Shown piece by piece: positions 1 to 9,021 of a stretch of DNA of 64,000 nucleotides. A model generated the notes under the pieces. The model was not told where the DNA came from. It did no database searches and saw nothing but the letters and a program-made list of their open reading frames with translations. The position numbers and the translations under genes are program-made. Numbering within the stretch: the stretch's first letter is position 1; each line of letters begins with the position of its first letter. Source of the stretch: Candidatus Omnitrophota bacterium (GTDB lineage Bacteria > Omnitrophota > Gorgyraeia > JAFGIU01). The stretch is from assembly GCA_016929445.1 (NCBI GenBank), contig JAFGIU010000005.1:12899-76898 (forward strand), read 5' to 3'.

Positions 1-1
1 G

Positions 2-277
2 CCGGGGACCGGATCCAGATTATCGGACCAAAAAAATCTAAAAGTAGCAAGGTTTGACCCAAAAAACGCAAGTATCGCAAGTATCGAAGAGATCCTCCGC
101 GAGGAAACAGGGCATAGCGTGAAGCTATTCCAGGAGGACACGAGAGTGACCCGGTTAGAATCTCTCAGTGAAATGAAAATGCAATTTGCGGATGTTTTGC
201 CGATTAAAAGCAACAACCCGCATCGCGCTGAATATGCAATTAATGATAGCGGCGGCACTTGGAAGAAGGCGGAATAG
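2..277 (+). CDS. Partial hypothetical protein (runs off window start)
   Basis: Frame 2 is open from base 2 to TAG at 275-277 (PGTGSRLSDQ...GTWKKAE*); no recognisable motif. Confidence 0.3.
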   Translation, partial: PGTGSRLSDQKNLKVARFDPKNASIASIEEILREETGHSVKLFQEDTRVTRLESLSEMKMQFADVLPIKSNNPHRAEYAINDSGGTWKKAE

Positions 278-405
278 TCCTCTGGGAAAAGCATGGGGAG
301 ATTAAGGGGCCGCTGTATAAGGCTGCCGGAGAAGAGAAGTGTGCTGGCGCATGGGGATCGTGCGCTCAGCAAGGTCGAAAATGGAAGAGTCAGAAGGAGT
401 CGAAA

Positions 406-651
406 ATGGAAAACTTAGTATGGTTTCTTTTGATTGGATTGCTCGTCGGTTGGCTGGCGGGAGTCATTATGAAGGGGCACGGGTTCGGGCTATTCGGCAA
501 TATTGGGGTCGGTGTGGTCGGTGCTTTGTTGGGCGGGTGGCTGGCCGGCGCAACGGGCCTGGTGTCCTATAGCGCGCTTGGAGGTTTTGTGACGGCGCTT
601 ATCGGAGCTGTGGTCTTAGTGGGTGTTATCGGGCTTCTCCAACGGGCGTGA
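406..651 (+). CDS. GlsB/YeaQ/YmgE family (transglycosylase-associated) stress membrane protein
   Basis: MENLVWFLLIGLLVGWLAGVIMKGHGFGLFGNIGVGVVGALLGGWL is the characteristic glycine-rich 3-TM pattern; SD AAGGAG upstream of ATG 406. Confidence 0.9.
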   Translation: MENLVWFLLIGLLVGWLAGVIMKGHGFGLFGNIGVGVVGALLGGWLAGATGLVSYSALGGFVTALIGAVVLVGVIGLLQRA

Positions 652-740
652 TTCACAAGGGGGCGCGCGAAAAATCTGCGGGAATGTGGAAACCGGTTGA
701 AGCTGGTAATGCCCGGGACGTCTAAAACAAGGTGTCTTCG

Positions 741-1316
741 ATGAACGACAAAAACAGAGAAAACAGCGTCGTCGGTGTAATAGTCTTAACGGCGATAGGT
801 TTAATGTTGATGGGCTGGTGGGCGGCAACAAATACTTGGGCCGGGACATCCGGAGAAATCGACGCAGGTGTGGATGCCGCGCTTGAGCGTTTCTACGCCG
901 AGGTGGGGGAAGGAAACAAGCTTATTCAGGAAGCAAAAGGTGTGCTTGTCTTTCCCAATGTCTACAAGGTTGGGTTCGGGTTTGGTGGTGAATACGGCGA
1001 AGGCGCGCTGAGGATCAACGGCGCGACCGTAGATTACTACAGCACCGCTGCGGGGTCTTTTGGGTTCCAAATCGGAGCGCAAAAAAAGACCGTCATACTT
1101 GCGTTTATGCAGGAAGAAGTGTTAAGCCGCCTTCGTACGAGCTCCAACTGGAAGGCAGGAGCAGACGCATCTATCGCCGTGGTGAGCATCGGTGCCGGCG
1201 GGTCCTTAGATACAGCAAAGCTTAACGAACCCATTCTTGCTTTTGTCATCGGGCGTCAGGGTCTTATGTATAACCTGACACTTGAAGGCACGAAGTTTAC
1301 GAAATTGAGCAAATGA
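741..1316 (+). CDS. Ysc84/SYLF lipid-binding domain protein, exported
   Basis: N-terminal hydrophobic segment; AKGVLVFP..K.GFG.GGEYGEG and GSFGFQIGAQ, GLMYNLTLEGTKF motifs. Confidence 0.85.
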   Translation: MNDKNRENSVVGVIVLTAIGLMLMGWWAATNTWAGTSGEIDAGVDAALERFYAEVGEGNKLIQEAKGVLVFPNVYKVGFGFGGEYGEGALRINGATVDYYSTAAGSFGFQIGAQKKTVILAFMQEEVLSRLRTSSNWKAGADASIAVVSIGAGGSLDTAKLNEPILAFVIGRQGLMYNLTLEGTKFTKLSK

Positions 1317-1392
1317 CCAAACTCGAGGCAGACTACAAAGAAGGCAACAATTAGCTGGCACGATAACAAAAAGAACGATCAGGAGGTGTGGG

Positions 1393-1605
1393 ATGAAACC
1401 AATGGTTCTTTTAGGAGCAATACTGATTGCAATCGGTATTATCGCCTTCGTTTATGAGGGCATTACGTACACGAAAAGAGGAAAGCCTGTCGATCTCGGC
1501 ATTATGGAAGTGTCGACTAAAACAAGCAAACGGATTCCTCTATCACCGATCGTTGGAGTGGTTGCGCTGATCGGCGGAATCGCGTTGTTGACTATAAAAA
1601 CGTGA
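1393..1605 (+). CDS. Small two-TM membrane protein (DUF3185-like)
   Basis: LLGAILIAIGIIAFVYEGITYT...IPLSPIVGVVALIGG; SD AGGAGG. Confidence 0.75.
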   Translation: MKPMVLLGAILIAIGIIAFVYEGITYTKRGKPVDLGIMEVSTKTSKRIPLSPIVGVVALIGGIALLTIKT

Positions 1606-1666
1606 AACGCCTGACATTGAACAGGCCGGTGAGTGTCGGCAAGGAAAGAACCGTGGAGAATGAATC

Positions 1667-1900
1667 ATGAAGAAATATCGCAAGCAAGATCCGTCACAGT
1701 ATGTATGGGCGGACATGCAGTCTGAGGATCCTGTCCTGGATCGAGAAGAACTCGAACTGTTTGAAGCGGCCATGAAACATAACTATGAGTTTCGCGAGCT
1801 CGGAGGAAAGGGGTTTGGTGACGTGCCCAGCTTCTTTTCAATACAACCCGAAGCATCGGGAAGCGGGAAGTCTGGTTTGTATGGCAACCGAAGAAATTGA
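1667..1900 (+). CDS. Hypothetical protein
   Basis: 77-aa ORF with GGAG upstream; no recognised motif. Confidence 0.35.
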   Translation: MKKYRKQDPSQYVWADMQSEDPVLDREELELFEAAMKHNYEFRELGGKGFGDVPSFFSIQPEASGSGKSGLYGNRRN

Positions 1901-1953
1901 GTTCAGAGGCAGTCTCGGAATGACTCAGCAGAGCGGAAAAATACGGGGGAATA

Positions 1954-2352
1954 ATGACAACGGTGAAAAAGGATCTATTAACAATTCTCAATCAGGCGAA
2001 TGAGTGGGAGCATGCGGCGAGCATGAAATATTTCTCGCGCGCCGAGATAATCACGGAGACGCTCATTGAAATTGAAGGAACGCACGGATTCAAAGGAGGA
2101 AAGGACATAGAGAAAGTAGATCTAAGAAATGAAACAGAGGCAATCGCCTTTTATAGAATGATTCGCAACAAAAGCAGGTTATACGGGGCGCAGTTTCATC
2201 GCGTGCTTCAGAGGCTTGAGGAGGAAATCAAAAACGTTGTGCAGGACGAACAGGCGCATGCGCAACAACTATTAGAAGTCATCGGACGGTTGGAAGAGAG
2301 AGTGGAAATGGAAAGACGGACCACCCGAAGCCCTCGAGCGTCTAATGCGTGA
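1954..2352 (+). CDS. Ferritin-like (bacterioferritin-type) protein, apparently lacking helix B
   Basis: LNQANEWEHAASMKY (helix A), NETEAIAFY (helix C) and QDEQAHAQQL (helix D ExxH); the first DExxH helix is absent. Confidence 0.5.
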   Translation: MTTVKKDLLTILNQANEWEHAASMKYFSRAEIITETLIEIEGTHGFKGGKDIEKVDLRNETEAIAFYRMIRNKSRLYGAQFHRVLQRLEEEIKNVVQDEQAHAQQLLEVIGRLEERVEMERRTTRSPRASNA

Positions 2353-2422
2353 CCCTCTGGGGGAGGGAACCCTGGGGCAAAAGGTTGCGGAAAGCGTTAG
2401 ACGCCATTAGCTGAGAGTCGAG

Positions 2423-2471
2423 TTGACAGGTATTAGTGAGAAGTCTTAGTATATAGCGAAATAGCTATATA
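2423..2471 (+). promoter_or_regulatory. Sigma70 promoter with ArsR operator (TATATAGC-N6-GCTATATA)
   Basis: TTGACA 2423-2428, TAGTAT 2447-2452; perfect 8-6-8 inverted repeat at 2450-2471 directly before arsR. Confidence 0.8.
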
Positions 2472-2487
2472 AAGTAGAGGGCTTCCG

Positions 2488-2832
2488 TTGAATAATACAT
2501 TGTCCATACTCAAGGCATTGTCAGATCGCAACAGGCTGCGGATATTTAAGCTTCTGGAAAGGCGGAAAATGTGCGTGTGCGAGCTGGCCTTTGTGTTGGG
2601 AATCAAACAGCCCAGCGTTTCCCGCCACCTGAAAAAGATGAAAGACGCGGGGATCGTTGACAGTGAACAAGATGGGTTGTGGACCCAATATTTTCTGAGT
2701 AAGAAGCGAAATGTCGTTTCTACATCGTTCGTCCGGGACTTAAGTGCATGTCTTGATGGTGAAGCTCTGATCAGAAAAGATGCCAAGATGGCCCATAGGG
2801 CTGATCGCCAGGATCTATATACAGCCGGGTAG
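2488..2832 (+). CDS. arsR: ArsR/SmtB family metalloregulatory repressor
   Basis: LKALSDRNRLRI...MCVCEL...QPSVSRHLK; leads an arsenic operon. Confidence 0.9.
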   Translation: MNNTLSILKALSDRNRLRIFKLLERRKMCVCELAFVLGIKQPSVSRHLKKMKDAGIVDSEQDGLWTQYFLSKKRNVVSTSFVRDLSACLDGEALIRKDAKMAHRADRQDLYTAG

Positions 2833-2849
2833 ATCTTTTTTTGTCTTGT

Positions 2850-2871
2850 TATATAGCTGACTGGCTATGTG
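2850..2871. promoter_or_regulatory. Second copy of the ArsR1 operator
   Basis: TATATAGC-TGACTG-GCTATGTG, same 8-6-8 motif with 2 mismatches in the right arm, between arsR and the permease. Confidence 0.7.
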
Positions 2872-2891
2872 TAAAACAAAGGGACATAGAA

Positions 2892-4064
2892 ATGAAAGAA
2901 CAGCACAAAGTCCTTCTGATGGTGGCGGCATTTTTGGCGTGTTTCTACCTGCCTGTTGAGCTGTTGCCTTTCCGGAACCCTGTGTTCGAGGCGCTGGCCC
3001 TGGTGAGATGGTATGCGCGGGAGCATGTGTTATTGTGCCTGGTCCCGGCCTTTTTTATTGCAGGCGCTATTTCTGTTTTTGTGAGCCAGGCTGCGGTAAT
3101 GAAATACTTCGGTGCCGGGGCGCACAAGGCATTGGCCTACGGAGTCGCGTCCGTTTCCGGCACTATCTTGGCTGTGTGCTCCTGCACGGTTTTGCCCATT
3201 TTTAGCGGTATCTACAAACGGGGCGCAGGGCTTGGGCCGGCCACGGCCTTTCTGTACTCGGGTCCTGCCATCAATGTGTTGGCCATCATTCTGACAGCGC
3301 GCGTGTTGGGCTGGCAGTTGGGTGTGGCAAGAGCTGTTGGCGCGGTGTTGTTCAGCGTTGTGGTCGGGCTATTGATGCACTTGATATTTCTTCGGGAAGA
3401 GCGCCAAAGAAATCAAACCGGGCCGATTCACATAGCCGAAGAGGACACACAAAGACCTCTTTGGAAAAATGCTGTTTATTTTATGGTGATGGTGTGCATT
3501 TTGGTTTTTGCCAATTGGGGAAGGCCTCAGGAGGGGGACATTGGTTTATGGGCGTTGATTTACCAGTGGCGTTGGCTCATCACGGGATTTTTGGCTGCGG
3601 GACTGGCGCTGATGTTACAAAGGTGGTTTGTTCGGAGCGAACTGCGGGAGTGGACTGGGGCAAGTTGGGGCTTTGCAAAGCAGATTATGCCGCTTCTGTT
3701 GATAGGTGTGGCAGTTGCGGGGTTGTTGCTGGGACGGCCCGGTGAGCAGGGCCTCATCCCCCCGGAATTTGTCGAAAAGCTGGTCGGGGGCAATTCACTG
3801 TTCGCTAATTTCTTTGCATCGGTTGTTGGGGCGTTCATGTACTTTGCGACTTTAACGGAAATCCCTATTTTGGAAGGACTTCTGGGCGCCGGCATGGGAA
3901 AAGGACCTGCGCTGGCGCTCTTGCTGGCCGGGCCAGCCTTGAGCTTGCCGAATATGCTGGTGATCCGCAGTGTGATCGGCACAAAGAAAACGATTGTGTA
4001 TGTGTGTCTGGTTGTCGTTATGGCGACCGTAACGGGCATTTGGTTCGGCATGATGGTGAGCTAG
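2892..4064 (+). CDS. ArsP-type (DUF318) permease
   Basis: Multi-TM; LAVCSCTVLPIF, FLYSGPAIN, MYFATLTEIP, AGPALSLP motifs. Confidence 0.85.
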   Translation: MKEQHKVLLMVAAFLACFYLPVELLPFRNPVFEALALVRWYAREHVLLCLVPAFFIAGAISVFVSQAAVMKYFGAGAHKALAYGVASVSGTILAVCSCTVLPIFSGIYKRGAGLGPATAFLYSGPAINVLAIILTARVLGWQLGVARAVGAVLFSVVVGLLMHLIFLREERQRNQTGPIHIAEEDTQRPLWKNAVYFMVMVCILVFANWGRPQEGDIGLWALIYQWRWLITGFLAAGLALMLQRWFVRSELREWTGASWGFAKQIMPLLLIGVAVAGLLLGRPGEQGLIPPEFVEKLVGGNSLFANFFASVVGAFMYFATLTEIPILEGLLGAGMGKGPALALLLAGPALSLPNMLVIRSVIGTKKTIVYVCLVVVMATVTGIWFGMMVS

Positions 4065-4081
4065 AAAAGGAGGGTCGAAAG

Positions 4082-4312
4082 ATGAAAATCGAAGTGCTCG
4101 GTATGGGCTGCGCGAAGTGTAAACAGCTTTACAACAATGTTCAGCAGGCGGTTGCTGAGGTAGGCGTGCAGGCCGAGGTCGTCAAGGTCGAAGATATGGA
4201 TAGGATTACCGGGTATGGTGTGCTGGCGACTCCTGCCCTGGTGGTGGATGGTCAGGTAAAGGTTTCAGGGAAGGTCAGTTCGAGCGACGAGATTAAATCA
4301 TGGCTGGTATAA
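4082..4312 (+). CDS. Small thioredoxin-like redox-active disulfide protein
   Basis: MKIEVLGMGCAKC...YGVLATPALVVDG; SD AGGAGG. Confidence 0.9.
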   Translation: MKIEVLGMGCAKCKQLYNNVQQAVAEVGVQAEVVKVEDMDRITGYGVLATPALVVDGQVKVSGKVSSSDEIKSWLV

Positions 4313-4332
4313 GTAACCGGCTGTCAATACGA

Positions 4333-4767
4333 ATGATGGTTTGCAGCGTGGCAATTCTTGCAGTTGTTTGCGCGGCGGCATTGTATCTCCCCAAAATTTC
4401 CTTCTCCCAGGATGAACACCCTGCAACCGGTCAGGTTATTGTGTACTACTTCTACGGTCAGGCCCGATGTGCTTCCTGCCTCAAGATCGAGAAGTTCACG
4501 AAGAATACTCTGGGCTCGCAGTTTGAACGGGAGCTGGATTCTGGACGGGTGGTCTTTGCTCCAATGAATGTGGATGAACCGCAAAACCGGCATTTTGTAG
4601 AGGATTACCAGCTTTACACAAAATCGGTTGTGCTTTCGCTTGTGAAGGGTGGTGAGGAAGTGCGCTATGCCAACTTGGAGAAGGTGTGGCAGCTTTTGCG
4701 AAGCGAAGAGCGGTTCGGCGCTTACGTGGCTGAGGAACTGAACAAGATGTTGAAGGAGCTTTCTTGA
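4333..4767 (+). CDS. ArsF-like exported thioredoxin-fold protein
   Basis: Signal/anchor, VYYFYGQARCASCLKIE CxxC motif, NVDEPQN.HF; position between the small thioredoxin and the ArsG-like gene. Confidence 0.75.
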   Translation: MMVCSVAILAVVCAAALYLPKISFSQDEHPATGQVIVYYFYGQARCASCLKIEKFTKNTLGSQFERELDSGRVVFAPMNVDEPQNRHFVEDYQLYTKSVVLSLVKGGEEVRYANLEKVWQLLRSEERFGAYVAEELNKMLKELS

Positions 4768-5450
4768 TCGAAATGGCCGGGATGATGGCCACGGCGCTGT
4801 GGTTGGGCATCATGACTTCGATTAGTCCGTGCCCGTTGGCTACGAATATTGCTGCGGTGTCCTTTCTGTCGAAGCAGGTGCTCCATGTCCGTCAAGTCGT
4901 GTTTGCAGGCTGTGCTTATACAGCCGGACGCATGCTTGCTTACATGCTCTTGGGCGTACTGATTATCACCTCGTTATTGAGTGTTCCCTCCACAGCCCAG
5001 TTTCTGCAGAGGTATATGAGCCGGGCATTGGGGCCGGTTTTGTTGTTGGTGGGACTGGTTTTGTTCGGTGTGCTTCGCCTGCGCTTGCCAGGGTTTTCCG
5101 TGTCGGTTGAAAAACAACAGATGTTGGCCCGGTCAGGAGGCGTTGGAGCCTTTTCTTTGGGGTTTTTATTTGCGCTCTCATTTTGTCCGATTTCTGCGGC
5201 GCTTTTCTTTGGCAGCCTGATTCCGCTTGCATTACAAAGCCAGGTTGGGGTGAGTTTGCCGCTGGTTTACGGTTTAGGGACAGCATTGCCTGTGTTGGTT
5301 TTTGCGCTGGCTGTTGCTCTTGGAGTTAGTTCGTTGAGCGGTTGGTTTCAAAAAATCAGCGTGGCAGAGGCGTGGATGAGGAAACTGACCGGACTGATTT
5401 TCTTTCTTGTGGGCATCTACTACACGCTTACCTATACAATTCCCCTCTAG
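4764..5450 (+). CDS. ArsG-like / DsbD-CcdA-type membrane protein
   Basis: [14 protein letters not shown] and LSFCP motifs; about 6 TM segments. Confidence 0.8.
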   Translation: MIEMAGMMATALWLGIMTSISPCPLATNIAAVSFLSKQVLHVRQVVFAGCAYTAGRMLAYMLLGVLIITSLLSVPSTAQFLQRYMSRALGPVLLLVGLVLFGVLRLRLPGFSVSVEKQQMLARSGGVGAFSLGFLFALSFCPISAALFFGSLIPLALQSQVGVSLPLVYGLGTALPVLVFALAVALGVSSLSGWFQKISVAEAWMRKLTGLIFFLVGIYYTLTYTIPL

Positions 5451-6655
5451 GTTTGGCTGGCTTGATGTGTATTTGGAAACCAGTGCTGTGTCCGTGTGCA
5501 GAAACGTACCAGCATCAACATCACAGGCACTTCAATCAATACGCCCACCACGGTAGCCAAAGCTGCCCCTGAGGAAAGTCCAAAGAGCATGGTTGATGTG
5601 GCGATCGCCACTTCAAAGTGATTTGAGGCACCGATCATGGCGGCGGGGGCGGCGTCCGGATACGGGAGCCTCAAAAGCCGTGCAGCCCAATAACCCAACC
5701 CGAAAATGGCTACCGCCTGGATGAACAGGGGAACGGCAATCCACAAAATGGTAAAGGGATTGGCAAGAATGACCTCGCCTTTAAAAGAGAAAAGTAAAAC
5801 CAAAGTTACCAACAAGGCACAGATGGTCACCGGTGTCAGGAAATGAAGGAATTTATCCTTAAACCAGGCTTCTCCCTTGTGGGCAATGATCCAGGTGCGG
5901 GAGAAGTAACCCGCCACCAGGGGCAAAGCCACATAAATGCTGATGGAGAGAAGTAATGCCTGCCAGGGCACGGGCAAGCGCCCTACGCCCAAAAGGAATC
6001 CTCCCAATAATCCGTAGAGCAAAAGCATGGTGAGCGAATTAATCGCCACCATCACAAGTGTTAGGCCGTCATTGCCGCGCGCCAGGTATCCCCAAACCAA
6101 GACCATTGCCGTGCAAGGCGCAACACCCAACAAGATGCAACCGGCAAGGTAGCTGCGCCACAAGGGGACTTGCAGCATCTTAATACCTTCGTGAAGGACG
6201 ACGATGCCGGAACCATGTTCCGCTCCTACCGGCAAATCCAAACCGAAGGGCATCTTGACCAAATCCACGGCTTCGGCCCCGATCAAGCCCTTGAAGAGCA
6301 CCCCCAAAAAGAGCGTGGCAATGGCGTACATCGTAAAAGGCTTAATGGCCCAGTTAATGAACAGAGTGAGGAATACAGGTTTCCCGCTGCGTCCCGCTTT
6401 AATGACTTCTCCGAAATCAATCTTGACCATAATCGGGTACATCATAAAAAAGAGGCAGATTGCAATGGGGATCGAGACGACCGGGGCTCCATTGACGTAC
6501 AGAGCCATTGCATCCAATGTCTTGGCAAATCCGGGCGCCAGCTTTCCAAGCAAGATACCCCCCACAATGCAGAGCGCAACCCACAAGGTGAGGTATTTTT
6601 CAAAGGGGTTTGTCATGTGCCGGGTTTCGGTATGAGGGGATGGGGGCAAGGTCAT
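5447..6655 (-). CDS. acr3: Acr3 family arsenite efflux transporter
   Basis: [49 protein letters not shown] motifs. True start may be MTNPFEK at ~6616. Confidence 0.95.
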   Translation of the reverse strand: MTLPPSPHTETRHMTNPFEKYLTLWVALCIVGGILLGKLAPGFAKTLDAMALYVNGAPVVSIPIAICLFFMMYPIMVKIDFGEVIKAGRSGKPVFLTLFINWAIKPFTMYAIATLFLGVLFKGLIGAEAVDLVKMPFGLDLPVGAEHGSGIVVLHEGIKMLQVPLWRSYLAGCILLGVAPCTAMVLVWGYLARGNDGLTLVMVAINSLTMLLLYGLLGGFLLGVGRLPVPWQALLLSISIYVALPLVAGYFSRTWIIAHKGEAWFKDKFLHFLTPVTICALLVTLVLLFSFKGEVILANPFTILWIAVPLFIQAVAIFGLGYWAARLLRLPYPDAAPAAMIGASNHFEVAIATSTMLFGLSSGAALATVVGVLIEVPVMLMLVRFCTRTQHWFPNTHQASQT

Positions 6656-7089
6656 GATTCTAATCCTTCGGGTAGTGATTCAATAAATGCTCTGATTTCA
6701 TCGCGGACTTTACGGTAACAATCCAACTTCTCTTCATTGGTTGTAGCGTTCTCGGCCAATCTTGGAGGATCATCAAAACCCGTATGCACGATTTTGGCCT
6801 TGCCGGGGAACCGGGGGCAGTTTTCATTGGCATGGCCACACACAGTGACGACGTAATCAAAGGGAATATCCATCAAATCTCGAACATTCTTGGATTGATG
6901 GCTCGAAATATCTACTCCTGCCTCCTCCATTACCTTGACCGCATTGGGATTCAGGCCGTGTGTTTCGATACCGGCTGAATAGGGTTCGATCAGATTGCCT
7001 TTGAGACGTTTGGCCCAGCCCTCGGCCATCTGGCTTCGGCAGGAATTGCCGGTGCAGAGGAAGAGTATCTTAAATTTGGGCTCAGACAT
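6652..7089 (-). CDS. arsC: Thioredoxin-coupled arsenate reductase (LMW-PTP fold)
   Basis: [32 protein letters not shown] motifs. Confidence 0.93.
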   Translation of the reverse strand: MSEPKFKILFLCTGNSCRSQMAEGWAKRLKGNLIEPYSAGIETHGLNPNAVKVMEEAGVDISSHQSKNVRDLMDIPFDYVVTVCGHANENCPRFPGKAKIVHTGFDDPPRLAENATTNEEKLDCYRKVRDEIRAFIESLPEGLES

Positions 7090-7106
7090 TGATCAGGCTC
7101 CTTTTA

Positions 7107-7122
7107 ATCTGGGTAAGCGGAT
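7107..7122. promoter_or_regulatory. Putative ArsR2 operator, downstream copy
   Basis: ATCTG-GGTAAG-CGGAT, matching the ATCCG-N6-CGGAT palindrome upstream of arsR2. Confidence 0.6.
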
Positions 7123-7138
7123 AAAATAGGGCAAAAAA

Positions 7139-7480
7139 TCAAACTCGGCTGCCAATCCGGCCAAGTTTCCTCATATCGGCTTTCAACTGGCGAATCTCCG
7201 CCAGGCAATCAGAAACACAGTCAACGAGGCGGCTATGGAGCCCGGATGAGGGCTCTGCCAGCCGGTAGAAATTCCAAGTCCCTTCCTCCCGCAGTTCCAC
7301 CAGCCCGGCTTGCCTGAGATAGGCCATATGTCGCGAGATGCGCGACTGAGGTATCTCCAAAACTTCTATGAGGCGGCACACGCAAAGCTCCCCCTCCCTC
7401 AGCAGGTTGAGTATGCGGAGCCGGGTTGGGTCGGCAAAAGCCTTGAACAGTTGGTTTGAGCTGTCGAGTGATGGTTGCAT
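7139..7480 (-). CDS. arsR: ArsR/SmtB family repressor (second copy)
   Basis: FKAFADPTRLRILNLL..GELCVC...QSRISRHMAYLR. Confidence 0.9.
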   Translation of the reverse strand: MQPSLDSSNQLFKAFADPTRLRILNLLREGELCVCRLIEVLEIPQSRISRHMAYLRQAGLVELREEGTWNFYRLAEPSSGLHSRLVDCVSDCLAEIRQLKADMRKLGRIGSRV

Positions 7481-7487
7481 CTACTTC

Positions 7488-7508
7488 ATCCGTTTAGGCG
7501 GATTATAC
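7488..7508 (-). promoter_or_regulatory. ArsR2 operator ATCCG-N6-CGGAT overlapping a -10 TATAAT
   Basis: Perfect 5-6-5 palindrome at 7488-7503; minus-strand TATAAT adjoins it. Confidence 0.7.
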
Positions 7509-7521
7509 TAGATGGCGGCAT

Positions 7522-7560
7522 GAAAATGAAGCAGTTGCTAAACTCGTCTAATACGGGAAC
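7522..7560 (-). repeat. Junction repeat copy A (att-like)
   Basis: AGTTGCTAAACTCGTCTAAT matches AGTTGCTAAACTCATCCAAT at 11318-11337 (18/20); minus strand reads PVLDEFSNCFI. Confidence 0.6.
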
Positions 7561-7569
7561 GATAGAACT

Positions 7570-8041
7570 ATGAAAAGAGTTTGCGAGCTGGCATTTGGGA
7601 GCAGTCCCAGAGTTCACAGGGAAGGCTCAAGAGGCGGGCTCTTGGCGTTTCTGCGGTACGACTATAAGAAAATCCTGGCCAGGACTCGATACCTGTATAT
7701 TGACCGGAATTTTGACGCGACTCAGGGGGAATTACAGGGAGGGGATTTGGAGTTTGGCTTTTTCGAGCCGATCTTACTTTGCTTCCCGAACCTTGAGTTC
7801 TTGGGGCGTTTGCGGTTTTCAAGCGAGGTTGCCTGGTCGCCGGAGCACCCCAAGACCAGGGAGATTCTCGGCAAGTCTCTGGAAAGCATGGGCAGGCGGC
7901 TATGCGGAACACGCCCAAAGCCTGGTGAATTGGCATCGCCATGCTCTTTCCCACGAATTACGGCCAGATGGCGAATGGACATACGACCTAAACACAGGCG
8001 AGAAGTATGGATTCCCGGTAAAGCCGTTTGTGGGTTCTTAG
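7570..8041 (+). pseudogene. Frameshifted gene with an RxxxxH (HEPN-like) motif
   Basis: Protein-like N-part in frame 7570 (FFEPILLCFPNLEFLGRL) continues after a +1 shift near 7895 into frame 7595 (GYAEHAQSLVNWHRHALSHELRP). Confidence 0.45.
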
Positions 8042-8064
8042 CGGGTTCCACTTTTTTGTCGGGG

Positions 8065-8093
8065 TTGGCAATACAACATAAATGTTGTATACT
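8065..8093 (+). promoter_or_regulatory. TA promoter with antitoxin operator
   Basis: TTGGCA-N17-TATACT; perfect ATACAACAT-AA-ATGTTGTAT inverted repeat (8071-8090) fills the spacer. Confidence 0.75.
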
Positions 8094-8153
8094 TAAACTA
8101 TTACCACGGTAATACTAAGCATGCTGAAGGAGTTTTTAACTGGTTCTAGTTAA

Positions 8154-8516
8154 ATGATATACAAAATCATCTTTTTCGTGGATACCAAGGGAGCCTGCCC
8201 CGTTGAGGAGTATATGGAAAAGCTTTCCGCCCCTCAGCAGGACAAAGTATTTGCCTATCTCAGACGATTGCAGGAGGTGGGGCCTCAGCTCAAGCGGCCT
8301 GCGGGCGATTATCTGGGAGGCAAGATCAAGCTCTACGAGTTGAGGCCAGGCAGACACCGGATTCTGTACTACTTCCACGGAAAGAACATCGTTCTCCTTC
8401 ACGCCTTCTTGAAGAAGACGGATGAAATCCCGAAGAAGGACATCGAGTTGGCTTTATTCAGAAAAGACATTTGCGAGGTGCAGTTCAAGCACGGGCGCAT
8501 TGAAACGGGAGATTAA
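8154..8516 (+). CDS. Type II toxin, RelE/ParE superfamily (HigB/Gp49-like)
   Basis: G.CPVEEY...LYELRP..HRILY...IVLLHAFLKKTDEIP; toxin-first order. Confidence 0.88.
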   Translation: MIYKIIFFVDTKGACPVEEYMEKLSAPQQDKVFAYLRRLQEVGPQLKRPAGDYLGGKIKLYELRPGRHRILYYFHGKNIVLLHAFLKKTDEIPKKDIELALFRKDICEVQFKHGRIETGD

Positions 8517-8554
8517 GAGGGATCAATCAGTACCCAGAAGAAAAGAGGTGGGTT

Positions 8555-8890
8555 ATGGCCAAAATAGCGAAATCAAAATTTAAGACCTTAGACCAGGTTA
8601 TGCAGAAACAGGTCAAAGGCGATCCTGAGCGGGAACTGAATATTCAGGTCGAGCAGGTGAAGATTGCGGTGGCCGAGCAGCTTGTGGAAATCCGGGAAAA
8701 GACCGGCTTGACCCAGAAGCAGTTGGCCCAGAAAATGGGCGTTTCCCAGCAGCTTATCAGCCGGATTGAGAGCGGTTCGGACAATCTTACTCTGGAAACC
8801 TTGGTGCGCTTCCTCAGTGTGCTGGGCGTGGTAATGAAGGTTGAAGTTGACAAGAAGAAAGGCCGAGAACAGGTTCTTCAATTCGTATAG
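8555..8890 (+). CDS. XRE-HTH antitoxin (HigA-like)
   Basis: REKTGLTQKQLAQKMGVSQQLISRIESG..NLTLETL; follows the toxin. Confidence 0.88.
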   Translation: MAKIAKSKFKTLDQVMQKQVKGDPERELNIQVEQVKIAVAEQLVEIREKTGLTQKQLAQKMGVSQQLISRIESGSDNLTLETLVRFLSVLGVVMKVEVDKKKGREQVLQFV

Positions 8891-8957
8891 TTTACGCGAA
8901 AGCCAAGACTTTCCCAAAATGCGGGTTCGCAGTTAAAGCTTCTTCTACCGCAGTTGC
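8891..8957 (-). repeat. Junction repeat copy B
   Basis: Aligns with 11251-11323 starting right after the upstream stop codon; minus strand reads VEEALTANPHFGKVLAFA*. Confidence 0.7.
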
Positions 8958-9021
8958 AGAGAATGGATATTTGCAACTATCTATTGAGCTAAATAAATAC
9001 GGGTACTTGGAGAATACGTTT

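Noticed and set aside
67-86. CGCAAGTAT tandem duplication
   Set aside because: Only two units inside an open frame (ASIASI); not an array.
374-411. GTCGAAAATGGAA direct repeat
   Set aside because: Two short copies around a start codon, with no spacers or further copies; not CRISPR.
695-725. CGTCTAA as a possible ECF -10 before the Ysc84 gene
   Set aside because: No GACAC -35 at the 17-nt spacing, so it is not assigned to the ECF regulon.
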